Shown here: positions 52,616 through 64,000 of the stretch, piece after piece
Position numbering within the stretch: position 1 is the stretch's first letter
Layout: every line of letters starts with the position of its first letter
Assembly (NCBI RefSeq): GCF_006345805.1
Contig: NC_043020.1
Location: forward strand, 16,988,001-17,052,000
Direction of reading: 5' to 3'
DNA length: 64,000 nucleotides
Source of the DNA: Octopus sinensis
Lineage: Eukaryota
The notes under the pieces: model-generated
Database searches by the model: none
Seen by the model: the letters and a program-made list of their open reading frames with translations, nothing else
Told to the model about the DNA's origin: nothing
Translations under genes and position numbers: made by a program

Positions 52616-53715
52616 ATATACACACACGCACAAAGCCAATCAGACAGGCAGCTCTCATTCCAGTCGTGGATGGCCGCATACAGACAGACAGACAGAGATT
52701 TTGTATGTCACACTGGTGTGGTGGGCAAACACACACATACATACAAACACACACACACACACTCATTTTTTTACACACACACATGCAAACTCATGCATGC
52801 ACATACATATACAGACACACAAACACACATATATCCATGTCCACAAACTCACACATCTTGTTCCATTTGTGGGCACAGACATTTCTGCATGATGCTGGTA
52901 CTGCTGTAGACAAACAGACAGACAGACACATAAGCAGATACACACACACACACCAACAACATACACACAACATACACACACACACACACACAACATACAC
53001 ACACAACATACACACAACATACACACACACACACACAACATACACACACACAACATACACACATACATACATGACCATTCCTATATATCTCTCATTCCAC
53101 ATACATGCGCACACGCACACACACACACATACACACAAATACAAACACATACATACACACACCTACACAACCAACCATACACATACACATGCAAAAAAAT
53201 ACACACCAAAAAATGTAAACACACATAAACATATGCACATACACACACACAAAATAAATGCAAATAGCCACACACATACACACACACAAGAAAATGTAAA
53301 TATGAATAAACATGCACACACATAAAATAAAAATAGTAACACACATACATCCACATGCATACACATATACACATATACTCACATACACACACACATACTC
53401 ACACACATACTCACACACATACACACACACATACTCACACACATACACACATACTCACACACATACACACACATACTCACACACATACTCACACATACTC
53501 ACACACATACACATACACACACTACACACACTACACACATACTCACACACATACATACACACATACTCACACACATACACACACACATACATATTTATAT
53601 ATAAAAATGTACATAAAAATAAACAAACTTATTCCCTCAATATGCATACATACACACACCACACACACACACACATACGCGCGCATGCACACACACACAC
53701 ACAGATACATACACG
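51780..53715. repeat. Long degenerate (CA)n/(CATA)n tract
   Basis: Direct inspection; source of the many His/Thr and Cys/Val pseudo-ORFs. Confidence 0.95.
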
Positions 53716-54016
53716 TTTGCGTGTATTCCCCACTTAATGATGATGAAGAAATCTCATTAAAGTTGGAGCTGTGACAACTCAAAAGTGAAGAAATGATATG
53801 AAATATAAATTATGAGATCAGAAAAAAAGAAGAGGAGGAGGAGAAAGAAGGAAGGAAGGAAGGAAGGAAGGAAAGAAAGAAAGAAAGAAACTGTATTTGC
53901 TGCTCAGAATATCAGATGGACAGTGTTGATATGGTGGGAGAGAATATATATGCACTTCATCATCATCATCCTTTTTACGTCTATTTTTCCATGCTGGCAT
54001 GGGTTGGACGGTTTAA

Positions 54017-54236
54017 CCCTTTTGTTACCAACCCGGGTGAAACCAGCTCTGGCTCTGAGTACAAATGTCTTGTTTTCATAAGTTTTTAATTAAAATCTTC
54101 CACCAAACCTTAGTCACAATTTATGTTCCTAACACTAGCTGAATGATAACTAAGTTATTTTACTAAAGTATTTGTTATATTTGAAGTAACTGAAAGAAAC
54201 TCAGAGCATCTCAAAATAAATACAGTAACAAAAGGG
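54017..54236. mobile_element. piggyBac-type MITE, copy 3, inserted in a family D repeat
   Basis: TTAA|cccttttgttac...gtaacaaaaggg|TTAA; internal sequence matches 8024-8243. Confidence 0.88.
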
Positions 54237-54876
54237 TTAACCAGAGATGACAAGCTGGAGAGCTGCTGCACCAAATTCTCGTCTGATTTGGTTTGGTTTC
54301 TACAGCTGGATGCCCTTCCTAACACCAACCACATTGCAATGAGAGCTGGGTGCTTTTAACATGGTACTGCATAAGTGCCTTTACATGACACCAGCATGAG
54401 TGTCTTTCATGAGGCACCAGCAAATGACCCTTGCAGGCCAATCTTCTTCATGAGAGGGAGTGCCCTTAACACTTCTGCTCTAGTTGACAGGTCTTCTTGA
54501 GTACAGTAAAGCACCTGGTATTTCATTGTATATATGTGTGTGTGTGTATATATATATAACAATAAACGTCACCCTTTTCAAGCCTAGCCAGGCTCATGGG
54601 CCCGGTTTCCTGGTTTCTGTGGCATATGTGTTCCCCTCAGCTGGATGGGATGCCAGTCCAGCGCAGCATTACTCAAGAAACAGGAAGAAAGAGTGAGAGA
54701 AAGTTGGGGCAAAAGAGTACAACAGGGGTTGCCACCCCCACCCCCTGCTGGAACCTCATGGAGCTTTCAGGTGTTTTCGCTCAATAAACACACACAACGT
54801 CCGGTCTGGGAATCGAAACCGCGATCTTCCGACCGCCAGTCTGCTGCCCTAACCACTGAGTCATTGCGCCTCCATG

Positions 54877-54908
<32 letters not shown>

Positions 54909-54912
54909 CTAC

Positions 54913-55104
54913 TTATTTAAAAGCAGCAGAAATTTAACAAAAGCTGTTTCTTGGAGTTTCACGTTCCCGACAAACAGGACCGTGAAACTCCAAGTAACAG
55001 CTTTTGTTAAATTTCTGCTGCTTTTAAATAAAGCATATTACTCTACCTCTGGTATTTGAGTATTCTTTTTTCCACCTTGTTTCACATTTATGTGTTTACT
55101 CCGG
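54913..55104. mobile_element. Penelope-type pseudo-LTR relic: 55-bp-arm palindrome plus tail, inside (TA)n
   Basis: Arms 54913-54967 and 54977-55031. The tail is the reverse complement of 36055-36136. Decayed hammerhead core ccgacaa...gaaactccaagtaacag. Confidence 0.65.
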
Positions 55105-55451
55105 TATATATATATATATATATATATATAGGTAGTGCCGACGAGGAAAATAGAACTCAAAATATGAGTTTATGTATATTTTTGAGGTCCGAGAGTTTCG
55201 TGTATTGGCACTTATCAAAGATTTGATAAGTGCCACACATGAAACTCTCTCAGATCTTGAGTCAGTCTGTTACTTCTGCTAAATATTAATAAATATATGT
55301 GGCTGTGTGGTATGTAGCTTGCTTACCAACCACATGATTCCGGGTTCAGTCCCACTGCGTGGCACCTTGGACAAGTGTCTTTTATTATAGCCTCGGGCCA
55401 ACCAAACCCTTGTGAGTGGATTTTGTAGACAGAACTGAATGAAGCCCTTTG

Positions 55452-55484
<33 letters not shown>

Positions 55485-55820
55485 AGGACAGAACCTTGTG
55501 GTGGTCTTGGGGCTTTGGTTACTTTGTTTGGTTGATGCATGCATATATGTGTGCACAATGAATGCATATATAGGTGTAGGAGTGGCTGTGTGGTAAGTAG
55601 CTTGTTTACGAACCACATGGTTCTGGGTTCAGTCCCACTGCGTGGCACCTTGGGCAAGTGTTTTCTGCTATAGCCTCGGGCTGACCAAAGCCTTGTGAGT
55701 GGATTTGGTAGACGGAAACTGAAAGAAGCCCATCGTATATATGTATATATATATATATATATATATTGTTATATTTCGGAATGGTCATATTGCCAGTTTA
55801 GCCAATAAATATTTAAACGT

Positions 55821-55873
<53 letters not shown>

Positions 55874-56482
55874 TTGTGTGTCTGTGTTTGTCTCCCACAA
55901 CATCGCTTGACAACCGATGCTGGTGTGTTTACATCCCCATAACTTAGCGCTTCGGCAAAAGACACCGATAGAATAAGTACTAGGCTTACAAAGAATAAGT
56001 CCTGGGGTCGATTTGGTCAACTAAAGGCGGTGCTTCAGCATGGCCGCAGTTAAATGACTGAAACAAGTAAAAGAGAGTAAAAGAGTATATATGTGCATGT
56101 GGATAGGCTTGCACTCATTGCTGTTCATGTCACAACAGAACACAAGTGTGTGTGTTTCATTACAGCTTATATGTATGCATATGTATTCCTTATGTATATG
56201 TGACTGCGTGCCTATGTTCAGTCAAAAACCTAAAATGTTCTTCTGATTGTATCTGGGGAATGCAAATCAATCAACTCGTTTTTGGTTTTTAATTTGGGTT
56301 GTCACAAAGAAGAACGCTGATATCTGTGAAATTTATGATAAAACAAAACTTTAGGGTCACCACTGTTAGGGCTATGCAGACAATGAAATCTGTTGCAATT
56401 TTTAATAAACAAAATTTTTATTCTTCCTGGAAACATTTTAATCTGAGAACATTATCAAAAGTACTTTTAGATGTACATAATA

Positions 56483-56715
56483 TATTTCTTTACTACCCAC
56501 AAGGGGCTAAACACAGAGTGGACAAACAAGGACAGACAGACGGATTAAGTCGATTACATCGACTCCAGTGCGTAACTGGTACTTAATTTATCGACCACGA
56601 AAGGATAAAAGGCAAAGTCGACCTCGGCGGAATTTGAACCCAGAACGTAATGGCAGACGAAATACGGCTACGCATTTCGCCTGGCGTGCTAATGTTTCTG
56701 CCAGTTCGCCGCCTT
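56483..56715 (-). mobile_element. SINE family A, full-length, with TSD
   Basis: TSD ttagatgtacataata on both sides; a second full copy with an imperfect TSD lies at 59043-59275(-). Confidence 0.88.
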
Positions 56716-57260
56716 AGATGTACATAATAGAAAACCCCTTTTACTGCCGTCTCAAGATGACACTATCATCTTATCATCTAATTTTAAAACAAACTTTTAA
56801 TTTTCTTATGCTTTGTAGACACTCCAGAACAATACTCTGTGCAAAACCAAATACTGACTTGAACTTTATAACTTATTATTTCTTGAGGTCTCTGAGTGAG
56901 ACTTGGAGTCAACTTGTGCAAATACAAAGCAAAAGCCATACATATAATGATAACAACAACATCAACAACAACAACAATAATAATAATAGTTTGGTGCAGC
57001 TCCAGAAAACTGTATTATTAGGGACAGCTGAAATATTTAGGAAGTTTCTTAGCATCTAAGTTTACTTGTTGTAGCCTGATGTTAAGAATTCTTTTCCAAC
57101 AGTTTAATCTGTTATGCATATATGAAATAATAATGATAATAATAATAATAGTAATAATAATAATAATAGTAATAATAATAATAATAATAATGATGATAAT
57201 AATAATAATAATAATAATAATGATAATAATAATAATGATAAATTATGATAATAATAATAA

Positions 57261-58125
57261 TGGCCTCTGGCTTAAAATCTGAAACAGAGGGGTTTATCAT
57301 AGCAGCTCAAGATCAATGCCTACCAACAAGAAACTACCAGGCCAACATATTAAAGAACGGCAGTAGCCCAACATGTCGTGTATGCTGACAACAAAATGAA
57401 ACCATTGATCATGTTGTCTCCAAATGCAGTCTTCTAGTGCCTACAGAGTACCTCAACAGGCATGATAGAGCTGCACAATATATTCACTGGGTAATTTGCA
57501 AAACCTGGATTTGCCCCATGAAAAAAAACTGGTGGGAACACAATCCACCTCCAGTGCTTGAAAATGACCACATCTCACTCCTCTGGAACTTCACCATTCA
57601 ACTGACAGGAAGATAGATGCAAATAGGCCAGACATCATATTGAAAGACTTCAGACAAAGAACATGCCTCCTCATTGATATGACTGTCCCAATCGATATAA
57701 ACGTATCTGTCAAGACCTACCAAAAACTGAGCGAATATAAAGATCTTGAAATAGAAATCAGCAAAATGTGGAAGCTGAAGACTAAAACAATACCTGTTGT
57801 CATAGGTGCCCTGGGAATGATAGCGAAAGGGACTGATTGCTACCTAACTCAGATACCAGGAAACCCCAAAATGGCAGAAATTCAAAAGATAGTGCTCATG
57901 GGAACTGCTCATATCCTACGCAAAATACTCTATGTAATCCCAGGGTTTAAAACAAAAGTTTTTTTTTTTTATGTATTAGACATTCACTAGTGCAACACAA
58001 AAAAAAAACAAATATATGGCACACTAGGCATAACAACAACGTGAACTTCCAACCTGTTGTCTCTTGAGGTCTCTATGTGAGACTTGGAGCCAACTTGTAC
58101 AGACATAAAGCAAAAGTCAAACATA

Positions 58126-58126
<1 letters not shown>
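57261..58126 (+). mobile_element. R4/Dong-clade non-LTR retrotransposon 3' part (CCHC knuckle and restriction-like endonuclease) inserted in (TAA)n
   Basis: LKSETEGFIIAAQDQCLPTRNY...CRVC..ETIDHVVSKC...YLNRHD...NRPDIIL...LIDMTVP...QKLSEYKDL..EI..MWK..IPVVIGALG...QKIVLMGTAHILRK. AAT repeats on both sides (57127-57260 and 58127-58380). Confidence 0.9.
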
Positions 58127-58166
<40 letters not shown>

Positions 58167-58219
58167 TAATAATAATAATGATAATAATAATAATAATAAT
58201 AATGATGATAATAATAATA

Positions 58220-58278
<59 letters not shown>

Positions 58279-58654
58279 AATAATAATAATTATAATAATA
58301 ATAATAATAATGATAATAATAATAATGATAATAATAATGATAATAATAATGATAATAATAACAACAACAATAATGATAAGAAGAAGAAGAAGAACAACAA
58401 CAACATTGATCTATAACGCTGGCAAAAAAAAGCCATGAGACTTAATTTATTCCATTGACCCTATCAGAGGAATGAAAGGCACAAAGTAACTAAAGCAGGA
58501 ATTGAGCTCCGAATGTAAGCTGACGTAAGTATACCTCACAAAAAAAACCCACTGCATTACAAGAGCACTAATGAGGCTAAATGTCCTTTGGTGTGTAAAC
58601 ATATATGTATGTACATGTATATATATATATATATGTGTGTGTGTGTATGTGTGT

Positions 58655-58698
<44 letters not shown>

Positions 58699-58709
58699 GT
58701 ATATATATA

Positions 58710-58793
<84 letters not shown>

Positions 58794-59716
58794 GTATATA
58801 TGTATATATGTATATATATATATGTATTGTTCACTGATATTTTTTCCAATCTTGTCTGTAATAGATTTGTGACTATTCGTGGTACAGAAGTATTTTTCGA
58901 CTTCTATCATTAGCAATATAGGTACTCATGTAGTACCCTTCTGTATATATGTACATATCTAATATTGTATGTATATATCTTATTAATTTGCCTGTACGGC
59001 TAATAATTCACTTACCACTTGTGATGGTATTTTAATAATACCTATTTCTTTACTACCCACAAGGGGCTAAACAGAGTGGGGATGAACAAGGACAGACAAA
59101 CGGATTAAGTCGATTATATTGACCCCAGTGCGCAACTGGTACTTATTTAATCGACCCCGAAAGGATGAAAGGCAAAGTTGACCCCGGTGGAATTTGAACT
59201 CAGAACGTAACTGCAGTCGAAATACAGCTACGCATTTCGCCCGGCGTGCTAACGATTCTACCAGCTCGCCGCCTTGGTATTCTAATAATACCATCCCTAT
59301 ATTTATATATGTATGTATGTATGTATGTATATATATTGTGTAATTGTTACACTAGATAATGATAGAGTCAATAATATCTTTGCAAATATGTATGTGTGTG
59401 TGTGTGTGTGTGTGTGAAGTACTGAACTAAATATTTGGAAGCTTATCTGTGAGAGATCTTGGATCATAAATATTTCTTCTATGATTTTCATGTGTGGAAG
59501 AAGATAGGCTCCTGCTAGACCATTTCACAGTTTGTTGAATACCCCTCAAGGATAATGTACCCAGTTTCCTTCCCCAATAAATAGCATAGAATATAAATCA
59601 GTCAATAATTAATTTGTGGCTGCGGTGAGTGGCTTCATTTACATATTTGTGTTTTTAATAGATTGGCATTAACGAAACAATACATATTTCATGCACAATG
59701 CAGCATGAATCAGGAG

Positions 59717-59752
<36 letters not shown>

Positions 59753-59754
59753 AT

Positions 59755-60149
59755 ATGTTTTTGTTTCACTTTTAACACGTAATACTGAAATAGTGGAGAA
59801 GATATGATATTGCTTTGTAGACACTCCAGAACAATCTGTAGACACTCGCCCTAAGTAAGAAGTTGAACATTTTTTCTTGCCCATGACACTACATGGACCC
59901 TAAGTAAGGCATGTGTAAAATTTGAATGAAATTGGTTGAATAGTTCTCAAGTTTTAGGGAATCATAGTGGAGAAGATATGATATTGCTATGGGCTCGCCC
60001 TAGGCAAGAAGTTGAACATTTTTTTGCCGATGACACTCCCCGGACTCTAAGTAAGGCATGTGTAAAATTTGAATGAAATTTGTTGTGTAGTTCTCAAGTT
60101 TTAGGGAAACACACAGACAGACACACATTCTCAGTTTTATATATATAGA
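59755..60149 (-). mobile_element. Helitron-like non-autonomous repeat with an internal tandem duplication of about 150 bp
   Basis: On the minus strand begins tctatatatataaaactgag...(tgtc)n...ttcattcaaattttacacatg; inverted partner at 60683-61105. The Helitron assignment rests on 5'-end style only. Confidence 0.55.
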
Positions 60150-60682
60150 TACATGCATGTACACACACACACACACGCACACACATGTATCGTTATCATC
60201 ATCATTTAACGTCCTCTTTTCCATTCTGGCATGGGTTAGATGGTTTGACAAGAACAGACAAGCCATTGGTCTTGGCTAGGTTCTATGTCTGCTTTGGCTT
60301 GGTTTCTACAGCTCAATCCCCTTCTTAATGCCAACCACTCAACAGATAAATACATGTGTGCATATATATATATATACTACGTGAGCACCTGCATTGCTAA
60401 AACTAGAAGTCAAAAATACTTCTATGCCTCGGATTAGTCACAGCATGGTAGGGGCAAATTTTAGGAATTGTTGGCTGACATCATTTGGTGCTAAATTTGA
60501 AATCATTATATCAAACTAACCAGCATTACTTTTGCTGACCTAGCAGAGGTAAGACGATCTTATTGTTCATTGAAATTTCTTCCTGTCATGCTTGTGTTAA
60601 TTTTGTGACTATCCATGGAACAGAAGTATTTTTGACTTCTATTTTTAATGATGCAGGTGCTCACATTGTACCCTTGTATATC

Positions 60683-61105
60683 TCTATATATATAAAACTG
60701 AGTATGTGTGTCTGTGTGTTTCCCTAAAACTTGAGAACTACACTACCAATTTCATTCAAATTTTACACATGCCTTACTTAGGGTCCGAGGAGTGTCATCG
60801 GCAAAAAACATTTTTAACTTTTTGCCTAGGGCGAGCCCACAGCAATATCATATCTTCTCCACTCCAATTCCCTAAAACTTGAGAACTACACTACCAATTT
60901 CATTCAAATTTTACACATGCCTTACTTGGGGTCCATGTAGTGTCATGGGCAAAAAATATTTTTAACTTTTTGCCTAGGGCGAGCCCACAGCAATATCATA
61001 TCTTCTCCTCTATTTCAGTATTACGTGTCAAAAGTGAAACAAAAACATCTCTCTATTGTAATGTCAGATGCTTTCACTTTAATACTGAAACTATTAAAGT
61101 GAAAC
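60683..61105 (+). mobile_element. Helitron-like non-autonomous repeat, second copy
   Basis: Same family and same internal duplication as 59755-60149, opposite orientation. Confidence 0.55.
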
Positions 61106-61265
61106 TATTATATAACAGGGATGAACTGTAACTGGACATCCATTATGCTAGAAGAAGATTTGCTATGGTCTTATATGCTACACCACTGGTTTTAAATTCA
61201 TATTAATCAAATTAATATTCAATTTTTCACCCTTATTATTTTAAATTTAAATTTACATGTGTGTG

Positions 61266-61311
<46 letters not shown>

Positions 61312-61383
61312 TATACATATAGATGTATATATATATATAGATGTGTATATATATATATATATATATACACATCTATATACGTG

Positions 61384-61414
<31 letters not shown>

Positions 61415-61654
61415 CACATCTATATAGAGAGAGAGATTTAGAGTGGGTAACCACATTAGTGTTCAGATATAGAGGGACTACATTTATTACAGTTACTAAA
61501 ATGAAGATTATGAAGTTCAGTATGGTTAACAACAGGTTTTGCCTGATTTGAACTTTCTCCATTCCATTTATTATACTTGTGTAACGCCTCAGGTTCAACT
61601 TCAGCACTTTTATGTGGTTTGTATCTTTCGTAAAAAAAATATAACTATATATAC

Positions 61655-61717
<63 letters not shown>

Positions 61718-62603
61718 TGTGCACGACAGACTTGTCTTCTTGCAGTTTTTGTCTACTAAATCTACTCACAAGGCTTTGCTCAGCCTGGGAATATAGATGA
61801 AGACACTTGCCAAAGATGCCATGTAGTGGGACTGAACCCAAGACCATGTGATTAGGAAACAAGCTTCTTGACCAAACAGCTATTTCTGTGCAGAATATTT
61901 GCCCAAAACACAACAAAGTTTGATGTATTGATAGAATGGTAGAAGTTTTGCCTTTTCTGTACATCCCAAGATATTGAAATGGATGGAAGAACTTCACATA
62001 TTGTTCGTTGGTTTATTAACGTATTGGAACATCACACCAGACACTTGTTCATTTGGGATTTCTAGGCTTTTAGTTTGACTGTCATTCATGCTGGTCACTA
62101 ATCTTTGATCTCAGCAGTAATTTTTTTGTTTTTTGTTTTGTTTTGTTGCTGTTGTTGTTATTGTTTCTTTGTTTTTGTTTTCGTTTTGCTGTTGTTGTTA
62201 TTGTTTGTTTTTTTCATATGACTTCAATCAGTTTCAGTGTTCTATAAAAGTTGTTATTGATTTATATATTGATCAATTTATCAATCTCTCCCATCCTCTC
62301 TCCCTCATTTTCCTCCCCCTCTTTTTCTCTGCCTCTCTCTCTTTCCCTCTCTCTCTCTCTCTCTCTCTCTGCCTTATCATCTATCTTTCAATTTGATTAT
62401 GTTTATCTAACAATCTGTTTCTTTGTGATTTTAACTCTTTTGCCCATAAAATTAACCCTATCCTTCTCTAGTATATAAATATAAATATGTAATTGCCTTT
62501 TGGACATAAAATTTTTTTATATACAGCAGTAATAACTTTTTTCCTGGTGATGCCTTCTCTGTATGTTGTGAAAACACAATTTTTTCCCCCTCAAATAAAT
62601 TGC

Positions 62604-62705
62604 ACTTCATATTCAAGGCTCTGACGAGGCTATAGGATGTTATTCAGGAACTCAACTATGAGTCCACTGCATCTCATAGCAGAAATAGCTGTAAGCTTAT
62701 GAAGT
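62604..62705 (+). ncRNA. Type I hammerhead ribozyme motif with bulged long stem I and extended stem II
   Basis: Stem I acttcat-(attca)-aggct / agctt-atgaagt; CUGACGA 62621-62627; stem II gctat/atagc plus gatgt/gcatc and gga.ctca/tgagtcc; GAAA 62682-62685; stem III tagctg; GUA site. The pair closing stem II is a G-A mismatch. Confidence 0.75.
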
Positions 62706-63655
62706 TCATAACATAGCCATCAATTTCCCTGTATCATCTCTTTTTCTTCTATACATACATACATACATACATATATACATACATACATAATACATACATA
62801 CATATATAAATGCATACATACATACATACATTAAATCACTAAAGTTAAAGTCTGGTCATAAAGTGTCCAATGGTTTCGCATCCATGAAAGCTGCAGCCTT
62901 GTGGACAGCTAATCAGATTATACAAAGACAAGTTTAACTCTTCACCTCTCAGAGGTGAAAAAATGTTATGGTCAATTGATCAAATGGCCATCAGAGAAAG
63001 AAAGTATATATATATATATCATCATCGTTTAACATCTGCTTTCCATGCTAGCATGGGTTGGACGGTTCAACTGGGGTCTGGGAAGCCCGAAGGCTGCACC
63101 AGGCCAGTCAGATCTGGCAGTGTTTCTACAGCTGGATGCCCTTCCTAACGTCAACCACTCCGCGAGTGTAGTGGGTGCTTTTTACGTGCCACCTGCACAG
63201 GTGCCAGAGGGGTCTGGCTTCGGCCACGATCGGTTGTAGCTTTTTATGTATATATATATATATATATACTCTTTTACTCTTTTACTTGTTTCAGTCATTT
63301 CACTGCGGCCATGCTGGAGTACCGCCTTTTAATTGAGCAACTCGACCCCGGGTCTTATTCTTTTGTAAGCCAAGTACTTATTCTATCGGTCTCTTTTGCC
63401 GAACCGCTAAGTAACGGGGACATAAACACACCAGCATCGGTTGTCAAGCAATGCTAGGGGGACAAACACAGACACACAAACACACACATGCATATATATA
63501 TATATATATACATATATACGACGGGCTTCTTTCACAATGCTTTGGTTGGTCCAAGGCTATAGTAGAAGACACTTGCCCAGGGTGCCACGCAGTGGGACTG
63601 AACCCGGAACCATGTGGTTGGTAAACAAGCTACTTACCACACAGCCACTCCTGCG

Positions 63656-63707
<52 letters not shown>

Positions 63708-63735
63708 TGGAGTTGAACGAAGATGTTATTAAAAT

Positions 63736-63830
63736 TCTTTTACTTTCGACATATGTTTCGAAGACAACATTGGTTTTATTCTAAAGGAATAAATGATGTA
63801 AAATGTAATCTTCTCATCAGGAAAGAAAGA
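63736..63830 (-). ncRNA. Type I hammerhead ribozyme motif, fully canonical core
   Basis: Minus strand reads ucuuu-cuuuc CUGAUGA gaaga..acauu..uuuauuc-cuuua-gaauaaa..aaugu..ucuuc GAAA cauaug UC gaaag-ua-aaaga. Predicted GUC cleavage between 63748 and 63747. Confidence 0.85.
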
Positions 63831-64000
63831 GAGCCTATTTCAACAACAAGACATTATAGCAATTACGATGACTGCCTAAATGATAAACAGAACGTTATTA
63901 AGTATTTAAAAAACCGTTAGTAGATTTGACGTCAAAGGCAGATACTAGGAAGAAATAATAAGTAGAGAACTAATAAAGAGGAATACATTGGTTGAAAAAA

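Noticed and set aside
49481-53774. Long ORFs (up to 256 aa) rich in YI, HT, CV, poly-H/T/P
   Set aside because: Translations of TA/CA/CAC microsatellites, open in several frames and on both strands; no domain signal or splice support.

Overview
Eukaryotic, AT-rich, microsatellite- and transposon-dense DNA. The SINE families and repeat landscape look cephalopod (Octopus-like); this is inference. The only host gene I can support is the 3' part of a cytosolic sulfotransferase on the + strand: five spliceable exons at 455-14351, with the first exon(s) upstream of the window. The rest is mobile DNA: four high-copy SINE-like families; RTE, CR1 and R4/Dong LINE relics; mariner, maT, Tigger, hAT and piggyBac relics and MITEs; Helitron-like repeats; and a decayed Penelope-like element with RT and GIY-YIG remnants. 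Most ORFs in the supplied track are microsatellite artefacts. The most striking unannotated signal is a set of type I hammerhead-ribozyme motifs in largely unrelated sequence contexts, found and folded by eye. The best are at 63736-63830 (-), 62604-62705, 27191-27317 and 36161-36216; variant or decayed ones are at 19415-19551, 55220-55267, 54967-55000, 45068-45249 and 4219-4280. Several have very long stem II arms or variant cores (G3-C8, U3-A8, C4). Several lie in short near-perfect palindromes next to (TA)n tracts, consistent with Penelope pseudo-LTR relics. All structures need computational and biochemical confirmation; repeat boundaries are approximate.
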